64,000 bases of DNA. Source: Selaginella moellendorffii (lineage: Eukaryota > Plantae > Lycopodiophyta). The notes under the pieces are model-generated. The model was given only the letters and a program-made list of their open reading frames with translations. It was not told the origin of the DNA and searched no databases. Positions 53,738-64,000 of the stretch are shown in pieces. The translations under genes were made by a program, and so were the position numbers. The DNA is taken from assembly GCF_000143415.4 (NCBI RefSeq), contig NW_003314340.1, positions 552,161-616,160 on the forward strand. The letters are read 5' to 3'. Numbering within the stretch: position 1 is the first letter of the stretch; each line of letters starts with the position of its first letter.

Positions 53738-54106
53738 TTTTGAAATTTTGAGCACGTCAGCTGAGTTGGCGATTGAGCTAGACAAGTTGGAACACTAGAT
53801 TTCCAGATTGTGAAAGAGAAGCCAAAGATCTTCACTCTGGAGCTACAAAGCCACTGGTATCACCATCTTGTTCATCTCGGCAAGCTCCGTTTCTTCTATG
53901 CAAGTTCTCTGTTAAGACGATGGTAAAAGAGAGTAACAAAAGAAACGCTGCTCGAACGATGGAGCTCTTGACACTGGATACACTATTGAAGCACACATGG
54001 GGCTTGTACTTCAGCTTGATGGCCATGGGATGGGCATCAATTACACATGCAATTGCAAAACATTGCATGCCATGTCATTGCCCATCACCATTACCATACC
54101 ATCCAA

Positions 54107-54963
54107 TTAACACAAGAGCAAGAGTGGGCGCGCAATTGGCGAGACTGCCACTGCTGTGAGATGGACAAGAGTGGGTGCATTATGGAGGAAAGCTCTACAT
54201 GCAGCAGGGATGCCTACACAGAAGGATGTGATTGCATGGATGAATGAAAAAATGCTTGAGGGCTGAGGTAGGCAATCTTGCTGCTGCAATTTGCCAGACA
54301 GGACTTCGCAAAGAATACTGGATCTATGAGGCCTAAACATCACAATGGATGATGGCCTTTCCATCAGGAGACACCGTGCTGGCAGTGGTGCTGCCCCTGC
54401 TAGCTCATCGAGGAGCCAGCAGGGGCCCTTCTCAATATCATTGGCTCCTCTACATAGAGGAGGAAGGTCCTGCATTGCGAGCTCCAGCTCCCCAAAACCC
54501 CATGGGAAATGCCCCTGTCCATGTAGGGAATCCATGTCCTCCTCTTTTGGAACGTTCTCCTTGTCCCAAACTGTTGCCTCTGGGATCACTGGCAAGCTAG
54601 CCGAGGTGTGAAGCCGAGACGACGGTGTAGATTCATCACTGGGGATCGTCATTGCTAGTACTTCTGTCGTGGTGGTTTCATCATCTGAGGACCGCGACGC
54701 AGACCGGAGCTTTGAGCATCGCTAGTCACGGATCTTGCTATCCCGGATCTTTAATCATCGCTAGATTCGAGCATGGAGCTTTCATCCTCGCTAGATGTGA
54801 GCCTGGAGATTTGATCATCGCTAGATGCGAGCCTGGAGCTTTGATCATCGCTATATGCGAGCCTAGAGTCGCTAGTCGTGGGGCTCGCAATCCTCATCGA
54901 TGCAAGCGTGGAGATTGCAGCAGGATCAGACTGAAACATTGTCGCTACGAACGCTATGATCAC
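54107..54963 (-). pseudogene. Disrupted orphan ORF with 10-aa SDDQSSRLAS repeats
   Basis: ORFs 54751-54963 and 54107-54652 are separated by a TAA (in place of the repeat's CAA) and a frameshift. Confidence 0.35.
54700..54872. repeat. 30-bp minisatellite (ggagctttgatcatcgctagatgcgagcct), about 4-5 imperfect copies
   Basis: Tandem units are visible directly. Confidence 0.85.
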
Positions 54964-55806
54964 GGCTTATGCCCAGAGAGGACAGGTCTCTCAACCGAAG
55001 AAGTTGTTTGAGGAGATGCCCGAGAGAGATATCTCGTCCTAGCGTCATGATTCTGGCGTACTCTCAGCAAGGACCGATGGAAGAATCTCGGCTGGTTTTC
55101 GACTCCATGTCTTGCCACAACCTCGTCTCGTCGACCACCATGGTGCAAGCGTATGCCCAGAAGGGGTAAGCCGAGAGGATTTTCAACCGGATGGCAGAGA
55201 CTTAGTCGCATGAACTGCGATGGTTTGCCTCTACGCACAAATCAGGCACACCAAGGCTGCGAGTTCGTCTTCGACAGGATGCCGGAGAGAAATGCCGTGT
55301 CGTGGATCCTGATGATAACAGCTCTCTGCCGAGATGGAAATGTCGTGCAGGCACGGAGAAGGCTCGACACAATGCCTCACCGCCCAGTGGCTTGCTACAA
55401 CGCCATGATGGGATGCTACGGACAGAATGGTCATGTCGAGGAAGCCAGCGAAACTTTTCGACTCATGATCGTGGAGGGTGCCGTGCCCGACGAGGCAACG
55501 TTCACGAGCGTTCTCGGAGCTTGTAGCCATGGTGGTCTTTTGGACCACTTTAGAGCTATGGCCGGTGTCGAGCACGTAAGGGAGCACTACTGCTGCGTGG
55601 CTGACATCCTGGGAAGAGTTGGGAAGTTAACGGAGGCTCACGAGTTGCTGAATTCGATGCCTCTCAGGCCTGGAGCTATAGGCTGGACATCCTTCGTTGG
55701 AGCTTGCATCACACACTCGGATGGCATTAGCTCCGGAGTCAGGGAGTGGAGAATATTTTGGAGACGACTCACTCCAAAAGTCTGGGGAAGCACTTGCCTT
55801 GCGTGA
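54960..55806 (+). pseudogene. PLS-class PPR pseudogene
   Basis: PPR fragments (VFDSMSCHNLVS, VFDRMPERNAVSW, TFTSVLGACSHGG, EHYCCVADILGRVG) broken by stops and frameshifts, with an internal deletion. Confidence 0.85.
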
Positions 55807-56308
55807 TGCTGGTGAACGTTTTGAAGGAAACACCAACATATGCTATAGGTAGAAGGCTTTTTGCTTAATTCTTTTTGTTCTTTGGCAGGGATGGATTACG
55901 GTTCTTCTTCAGAAGACATTCGAGGCGCTCTCCCTGAGTTTTTGACTCAACCTTCTTCCTTTCACCACTGTTACGGTGAATAGGATCTGCTTTTTACAAT
56001 TGATCTTGAAAGTCCAGCCCTCCATTTTATATCTTAATACTGAGAAAAGAAAAAAATTAATATTATACAAAAAAAATAACATTTATAAATCAAATACCTC
56101 GTCGTCACAAAATGATACGAAAGGCCACTCTTGCACATTCTAACATATGGAACCCAACTTGTGGACCCCAGCTTGTAATAATAAAATACCATGTGTATAT
56201 TTTGAAATATAAATGCATTCCAAATCCATCAAAGATCAGCACTGAATAAATAAAAAGCAATAAAACACATAAAACATATCTCTTAAAGTCGCAATATAAC
56301 ATACATAG

Positions 56309-56602
56309 TATATGTTTTATTTCGTTAAAGTGGGACTTTTCATTATCCCACTTATGGTGTGTGGCCACATGCCATTTTTATAACAACAATAAAAAATTGA
56401 AGTTTTAACTTTATAATTTATAAATTAAAAACTTTTCATATGATTTTGTGTTATAATATTGTGAAATATAAAAAAATAAATTAAAAAACTGATAGAAATA
56501 TTAATAAATATTAATTAAGTACTAGGAAATGGCATGTGGACACATGCTAATTAATGTCCCACTTTACTGAATAAGTCCCACTTTAACGAAATAAAGCATG
56601 TA
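56309..56602. mobile_element. MITE-like element with long terminal inverted repeats
   Basis: Left tatatgttttatttcgttaaagtgggactt..ccacatgccattt pairs with right aaatggcatgtgg..aagtcccactttaacgaaataaagcatgta. The core is AT-rich and TA sits at both ends. Confidence 0.8.
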
Positions 56603-57659
56603 TCCTAGAATCAAGGCTATAGTTATGTTTGCCCGTCGAATAGCGGCGCTCATGGCATCTTTCTGGGCGCCACGGGATGATGGTGAGTGGGGACCCAGGT
56701 CTTTGAATCATCCATCTCCTCTATCCTATTTGCTACTTTAACCGCTGAACCTTTAGCCGATGGAAACAGCTCCAGCTTTGGATCAGAGACAATCTCCTCG
56801 TTCACAGAGGCAATGACACAGACGATTGCACATTAGCATGGAGCCCGTGTGATGGAGAACGTCTCATGATCCCGAAGCAGTTAATTGGAAGCCATGGCCT
56901 ACGCTTGGCCCCTTCCTGCCACGAAATGGGTCCATTCTCTCTCTGCTGCTCGACAGATATGTTGCGGACATAGCAATCCACGGTTGCTTTCTCTGCGTCT
57001 CCTCCACCGGGAGCTGGCAGCCTCTGTTAGATGTTGAAGGGGAAGAAGACGTCGAACTTGAGTTAATGGATGCTCAAATACGTACATCTACAACTCCATA
57101 CAAGGGCTTCCCGGCAGCGCCAGATAATGTTCGTTCTATGGGTCCCCACTGGCACGAGGGCAGCTTCTACATGATGTCTTGCATACCTTTTGAAGAGTTT
57201 GTCTTCAAAAGGTCTTCAGCTGGCAGGGTGGTGAAGAAGGGTGGCAAAAGGTTGCTGCACATCCCATATACCAGGATGGGGTTGACAGATTAGGTAGTGA
57301 CTTGTTTTGGTTTATGGCAGGTGGCTGCATATATCAGGGGAATATAAGCGATCTGGATGAAGACTCTGGTCGCTTTGGAGAGGCAGTGGCACTACCACAC
57401 CATGCATGCTGATTCTGAATTTGGTATTTGTTGTTGTGTGCAACCTCACTCCAGAGCTTGGTGATTTGGATGCTACCACCTTCAATGCAGTGTGGGCTCA
57501 AGATCATTTACTTCTGCAGCTACCGCCCATTCTTCTGCATGACTTTTGATGCAATAGCATGTTAACAAAAGATGGACTAGTACATGGAGTAATGGAGGAT
57601 ATAACCCAGATATATTCCATATATCTTTTAGCTGTTGAAAGATATTCTAAGGTCTTTTA

Positions 57660-58040
57660 TGAGTTCCTTGGCATGTAACACCCCTCTCTTGCGACTGAGC
57701 CCAGATTTCGAAATACATTGACTAAAGTTTGTGAAAAAAAAACCCAGCGAAACAATATCAAAAACAAAATGCAGTGAAAGAATGTTAAAGAACAAACAAT
57801 AGGGGATGAAGGCTTTGATTAAGGGTTTGAAGGGACTGTAAGCAAGAAATTTTCTCACTGCATTGTGAAATATTTTTGCACCCACTACGGGGTGATGTTG
57901 CAGGGGGGATTACATCAGAAACACGTTTTCAGAAACACATTTGTTAATAAATTGATCAGAAAATCAAAATGCAACATACATGACAGCAACACATGATAAC
58001 AACGAAAGTCATAAAAACTTACAAGCAGGGGCCAAAGCTG
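57660..58040 (-). pseudogene. Inverted, decayed partial copy of the 62280-62750 region of the CR-type NTPase gene
   Basis: The reverse complement aligns by eye with intron 1, the micro-exon, intron 2 and the start of exon 3 (e.g. gtagtgggtgcaaaaatat, ttgttctttaacattctttcactgcatt, agtcgcaagagagggg). Confidence 0.85.
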
Positions 58041-58329
58041 AAACCTGGTATCACTTTTGCCACGTGGCTAGAGGCTAGGGTTGGATATGATACTGTCAGA
58101 TCTGTGGGATCCAACGGTCAGATCTGGCCGTGGGATCCCACAGAGATCCCCAACCTCCAATGGAGCCACATCATCCTGGAACTTCAAGATCAAATGGGGA
58201 AAATGAACTAACACTAAGTTATCCATTTTGTATTTTGCATATGGATAATAATGGGAGTTGTAGTGCCATTGTTGTCCCACTTGTACACAACTTAAATGTT
58301 TAATAGACTTCGCTTGGACAAGTGAAAAA

Positions 58330-59300
58330 ATGCTTGCCAAATATTAATCCTACAGCCTAGCATCAATAGCTCATGGCAATCACAAAAGTAAACCCAGCTC
58401 CATTGATAATATTAGATCATGACCATATAAGAGTTTATATAGTGAAGTATCAATAAAACTCTGCACCCCTGTGACATATGTATATTGAAGAGACAGCAAA
58501 TAACCATTCCAATCCAAATGCTAAAAGTTCACGTACTTTGTGATCATTCCTTTAAATGTCCAAACGAACCATTCCACCAAATCGTTTGACTATGGATGAT
58601 AAGTACTTGTGAAAGTGTGGCATATCCTCAATCGAGACATCAAAACATAAAATGCTTCAACCATAAATACAGGACTATTATTTGAAAAAATCTGCTCCGG
58701 ACAAAATGCTAGAATACCACTTGATTGAGGAGGAAGTATCCAATAATAGTTGCAAAGGCACTAGCAAAAGCACTAACTTGCACCCAATGAGTCAAATAAT
58801 TATAAGTAATAATAACATATTCATTGCCAGTAGTCAATCGTGGAAAAAGTCTCATAAAATCAAATACCACCAACTCAAATGAATGGAAAATTGCAATTGA
58901 CTCCAACTGTCCTTCCGCAGCACGAGGGGGAGTATTACAAGCTTGGCACTAAACATAGCTACACACATATTAGATAATATCACATCACATCTTCGGCCAA
59001 TAGAAAGACCATCTTTGCATAGCTTCTCAGTCACATAAAGATGTCTCATATGCCCGCCTAAAATAGGAGAATCATGGTAGGCATAGAGAAATCGTAGAAT
59101 AAAGACAGAAGGCACCATTAGCTATAATTGATCATTAGGATCCATTCCCATAAAATAAAGAAGGTTGTTTTCAAGGCGATATTGAAAATATAAATGCCAG
59201 AATGGCAAATTATCAATAATTGATGCAAGATTCTCAAACCCATCTCAAAGCCTTTAAATCCATGGCTCAATCTTTTAAGCATCGCAAACCTCATTAAGAG
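58330..59300 (-). mobile_element. Ty3/gypsy LTR-retrotransposon integrase relic
   Basis: H2C2-like YHDSPILGGH..YWPKM..CQAC and rve-like FELVVFDFMRLFPRLTTGNEYVIITYNYLTHWV, with many stops and frameshifts. Confidence 0.75.
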
Positions 59301-59464
59301 AAGGTACTTACTCTACACATTGTGGACATTAAATATCAAGTACAATAACTGCCAATAGCATAGAATCATCGTCTAGAAAATCCACAAATGCTAGAATAAC
59401 AAGGTCATCAGAAACATAATAATAGAGTGAAGAAAGAAGAAGAACTCTAAAAAGGGTATTAGCA

Positions 59465-60001
59465 TCATGATGGGATCGATAAACAATCCTCTACCTGCAA
59501 ATCAAAAATCACATTAGAAGAAGTGCCCAAGTTGAAATTGATATACTCACAATCCTGTATCCATGTTGTACGATCAAAGATGTATGGCATGCTATCCTCG
59601 AGAACCAGCTGAAAGAAAAGGTACATGCTTAGAACAATAAGGCAAAGGAAGAACGAGAAAACAACACTTACATTGGCCAAGTAGATGATCATTTCACTGA
59701 GCCAACTGCTGGTCACAACCTTCTCGGGGAGAGGATTAGCAACTTGGAACTGTCCCTGCTTCGCCAGCTCCATGATTTCTGCAAGCTCGCTTGCTTGCAA
59801 GAGTGTGGCATTGTCGTCCCACTGTGAGTTCGCGCACAGAGTCACAAACCGGCCACTGAAATCTTCCCCGAACACTTTGGCCGCGAAACGCTGGTGCTCG
59901 TCTTCACAAGAGTTGCTTGAACCGAGTGTGGACTTGACGTGCTCCACGAAATTGTTGCCGGCGAATTTGCACAGCTCCTTGAGCTCGTCGTGATCATGCT
60001 G
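59465..60001 (-). other. Spliced orphan gene fragment of unknown function
   Basis: ORF ..SSWLSEMIIYLAN|LVLEDSMPYIFD.. with a canonical gtaagt..ttcag intron. No family was recognised. Confidence 0.35.
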
Positions 60002-60899
60002 CCCTAAACCGTCAACACATGACGCTGTTATTAACCTCTAGTCGCCGTAAGGAAGGGGTTTACTTGGCTGAGACTGTGACAAAGAAGATCTGCCAAGAGC
60101 TTGGAGCGTGGATTCACTCCCCAAAGACAGTAAAAAAGGTAGAAGCTAGTGTGAAAGACATAGATAATGCCCTGAGGATGTTATGTTGCGCGCTGCTGGG
60201 GGTGAATTTAGTGACAAGCACGAAACTTTGCTGGCTAAGATGGCCAAGCTACTTAGATTAGGAAACATGGACGGTATGTATGGACTCGCCAGAGCTTACG
60301 TTCTACACGGCATGCCTCGAAAAAGTGGCGGTGATGGCCATTCCAACTCTAAAAAATCTAGTAGCAGGGTACGATGGAATTCTCAAATATACTTCAATCC
60401 CCTCAAGCGCCGGGAGATGACAGAAAAGCAATGTTTAGAGTTTCAACAGAGAAAGCGGTGTTGCATTGCCACAAAATGATCTAAAATTTTGACAATGGTT
60501 TTCAAAATCACGGACCCATCGTTTCTTCTCCAACGCATGGGAATGTATTTACCCCACAAGGCAGAAAGAACAGAATGGCCGGGAGAGGATAGATCCCTTC
60601 GACGACGAGGCATGCCTCCAAGCACCACGCTCCGTCTCCGCAGCTTCCAGGAGCCTCGACCATCGACGAGCTCCAGCAGTGGTATTCGAGGTCATGGGCG
60701 ACAGTTTTGGACTTTCCACCACTGGCAATTCTCCCTGAAGTGCAAGTTGACTAGCGCCGAGGTGAGATCATGACTGGATAGATAAAGAGAGATGGATCAG
60801 TCTCTGGATCAGATAGATAAAGATAGATTGGATAGTTTTCTGATTGACCTAGATGAGTTTCTAGATCAGATAGAATTCATAGTGGATGGTTTTCTCTTG

Positions 60900-61900
60900 A
60901 CCATCTCATTGCGATTTTTTAATAAAGTGTAAATTAAGAAGATTCAATCGCTAAGTTCAGAATCATAAGGGCTTAAATGACTGTAAAGGTGTAAACACAC
61001 TAAAATTCATATTTTTGAAAAACCTTTTCAGAGAAATCCATAAATACCAAAAAACTTATTTATATAATAATAATTTGCTACGTGCATGTAGTAAACAAAA
61101 CCAAGTGTTGCTAATTCAATTGATCAAATAAAGTTTATAACTATAAGCATGCTTGTAATTTATAAACACAGGATTAATCTTATTGTATATCAACTATTAG
61201 ATGGTAGAATAAAAATGAATATACTAGAAAGGGTTTAAGAAAGTTTATAAATTATGAACATGTTCATAAATTATAAGTATAAAATTAATCTAAATAACTA
61301 ACAACCATTAGATGGTAGAATATCCTAGAATATCCAAGCATATTCTTGATATATTCACTATTATTCCAGTCCCTCTACAGGTTTGCTTAAGCAAACCAAA
61401 AAATTCATTATACTTTTCTAGTTCTAAGTAAACACTTTATAAGAATTTATGCAAGAGTATAGTTTAATAAATGGTGTAATTGTAATTTTGAAGAATAAAA
61501 TAGATATTAAATTTCAGACATTCAGAATTTAGATGTTTCAAGTAATTAAAATGAATAACAAAATTAAGATTTTATATAGCTCATAAATCCATTCAAAGCC
61601 ATTCAAAATATGGTCTAATATAGTTTCACAGTCACTTATTCTTAAAACTATTTAAAATGTAATGGCATAATAAAACATCTAGCATTTTTCAAACTATTTA
61701 ATTTACTAATAAAAAATTTATTCTACCAATATCCAAATATTTATTATTATTATTAAATTATCGTTTTCTAATATTTATTTTTATTTTCTTTGTTTCTTTA
61801 TTATTGAAGATTATAAAATTAAGATAAAAGTATTAAAAAATATTACATGGAAAATAGATAAATTGGAAACTATAATAATATGTAAAAACAAACTTCCAAT
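60900..61900. other. AT-rich non-coding segment (possible TE-derived)
   Basis: Very AT-rich, no ORFs, with internal short duplications (attagatggtagaat twice). Confidence 0.35.
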
Positions 61901-61971
61901 ATAGGTCCGAAATTAGGGCTAAAAAGTTGTCTTTTCAGCGTTTTGCATTTGCATTAGCCTCTGGTGCAGCT

Positions 61972-64000
61972 ATGGAGGACATGGAAATGGAGTGTGACAG
62001 TTACACTGTGTGCTATTGCGTGGTCAAGGCGCAGGAGCACTTAGATCCCACAATTTGGGCTTTGAAGAGACATTCTTCTGCAACTGCTGATGATGTAGCG
62101 GTTGGAACCCCGCTAGGTGATGTGGTAACGAAGATCAAATGGGACAAGAATGTCTCCGATGTTTATTGGTTGAGGGACTCACAGTGGAAGAGTGTTACTG
62201 ACAAGGATTTAGTGTTAAGTTTCCCAAAGGGAGTGATTGTTTATCTCAAGTTTGTGAAAGGTGTGGGTTCTGACCTTCCTTGTTTTGGTTGTTTTGTCTT
62301 GCTTGTGTGTTTTTATGACTTTCATTGTTATCATGTGTTGTTGTTATGTATGTTCTTGCATCTTTGATTTTGTGATGTATTGTTGGCTTTTTTAACTCTC
62401 AATTTACTAACGAACATGTTTGTGCTGCAGTCCCCCGTGCAACAACACATCAGGCTGCAGGTAAGCACTCTGCATGTCCGGTAGTGGGTGCAAAAATATC
62501 TCGCAATGCAATGAGAAAATTTCCTGCTTGAACTTTTGCTATTATCTGGTAGCCCTTAATCAAAGCCTTTGCCCTGTTGTTGACATCCCATTTGTTCTTT
62601 AACATTCTTTCACTGCATTCTGAGTGATTCGTTTCTGACATTGCTTCTTTGGTTTTTCTTTTTACACACTTCAGTCAGCGCGTTTCCAAATCTGGGTCCA
62701 GTAACCGAGGGCTTAGTCGCAAGAGAGGGGCGTTACACGCCCAGGAACTCAGCAGTAAAGAAGTTGTTACAACTCGTTCAGCAGAAAGGTGCCGTCCTGA
62801 TACAGGCTCCGCCTCAGAGCGGAAAGACGTCTTTCCTGCAGTTGGCATATCGGAAAGCACAATACATGCCAAACTGGGAAGCTGTTTATTTTATCAATCT
62901 TGCTACTGTCAATGACATTAGCTTCAAGGAGCTTCTCAAGCTTACTTGTGGTAAGTGTAGCATCTGCACTTTGAGTTGAATTAATTCCCTGTGCTACAGA
63001 TGTTGAGGTGGCGGATCTCCTTTGCCCCGGTGGTCCGAAAAGGCTTCTTTTAGTTGATGAAGCCCAGGCTGCATTTGGCCGTGACTTGGTGTTATGGAAA
63101 ACTCTGAAGCAAGTGCAAGGGGGTTACCAGGGGCAACACTCACCCAACTTGAACATAATTCTTTCATCAGATTATGGAGCAGAAGACGTCCCTGGAGCTA
63201 TGATTCGAGTGTGGTGGGATACTTTCAACAGAGATCGAATTCTCTTGAAGTAAGCTTGATCTGCTCAAGGATTTTATGCATATAAATTGTTTTCCAGGCC
63301 TTCAGGTGATCATGGTCTTTCTTTGCAATTCAGTGACGAGGAGGCAGTAGACCTATGGCTAGCATGGATGAGGTACTACAGATTCCCAGACCTTGGTGAT
63401 GAATTACGAGATTGGATTATCCGGCTGTCCGATAAGAAGCCAGGAGTTATGACGGGAATTTTGGATTGGCTTGTGGACACTGGGATTGGGACGAAAAGGC
63501 CGAGCACACTAAGTGAGTACTTCGTCCGCAAGCTGCAGACGACCGATCTCACTTTCATTTTTGTCAATTGTCGGAGCATACAATCGTAAGCTGTGCTGTT
63601 TCTTGAAGGTTACAATAGTCTGACAGGCTATACAGGTTCTACCGCAAAATTGACAGTCCTGGTGCTTACCGTTCCTTCCTAACGTGCTTACTTGCGAATA
63701 TCGAGGTATGCATTCGCCTGGTATATCTTGATCTGTTTGATATGTCCTCTGATTTTAGATGTCGCATGATTGGCTTTCGCAAGAGATGCAAGACGCTGTC
63801 CATGAGCTACTTCTGTGTGGCCAGCTTATGAAGAATAAGCGGGGAAATTACTGCTTGCCTTCGAAAGTGCACGAACGTTTTTACTTGAGGCGCATCTACA
63901 AGGGTATACTATCGGTAGCGGAGGTAGGAGCTATGGGAATCAAGCTCTTCCTTGTCAGGGTTTTGGAGTGCTTCTCGTCGAAGGCGTTACGAAACAGCTT
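61972..64000 (+). CDS. Crinkler/CR-type effector-like protein: N-terminal header plus P-loop NTPase, predicted C-terminal REase beyond the window (3' partial)
   Basis: Seven phase-consistent exons (61972-62260, 62431-62460, 62675-62950, 63000-63249, 63298-63585, 63636-63705, 63759-end). Walker A VLIQAPPQSGKTS, Walker B LLLVDEAQ, LWKTLK, IILSSDYG, LPSKVHERFY. Confidence 0.72.

Noticed and set aside
54700-54872. 30-bp repeats as a CRISPR-like array
   Set aside because: Head-to-tail repeats with no unique spacers, in a eukaryotic context with no cas genes.
62806-63067. NB-ARC/NLR assignment for the terminal NTPase
   Set aside because: Lacks the GMGGxGKTT, kinase-2 DD, GLPL and MHD motifs.

Overview
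Eukaryotic plant nuclear DNA, very gene-dense with mostly 45-70 nt GT-AG introns. The 31-aa-repeat PLS-PPR genes and gene style suggest the lycophyte Selaginella (inference; no search was run). The ORF track fragments most genes, so models were rebuilt by eye from splice sites. About 0.2-53.6 kb is a block of conserved genes: APH1, PP4R3/PSY2L, an intronless CDPK, a C2-domain protein, two PLS-E PPRs, three class III peroxidases, a GYF-GYF-CCCH protein, an RSS3-like protein, a UGT, a GT47, CCoAOMT, a GH28, tRNA-Gln(UUG), transportin-1, an M50B-like peptidase, MOS1 (BAT2/PRRC2-like), a LEA, an F-box pseudogene and the MAA3/SEN1-like helicase. About 53.8-64 kb is an accessory, decayed zone with a PPR pseudogene, a MITE, a Ty3/gypsy integrase relic and orphan fragments. 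It ends in an intact, spliced Crinkler(CR)-type P-loop NTPase gene that runs off the window and has an inverted, decayed partial copy about 4.3 kb upstream. The top leads are the CR-type NTPase locus, a 5-exon overlapping uORF on MOS1/PRRC2, and the LRLFG-GYF-GYF-CCCH protein.
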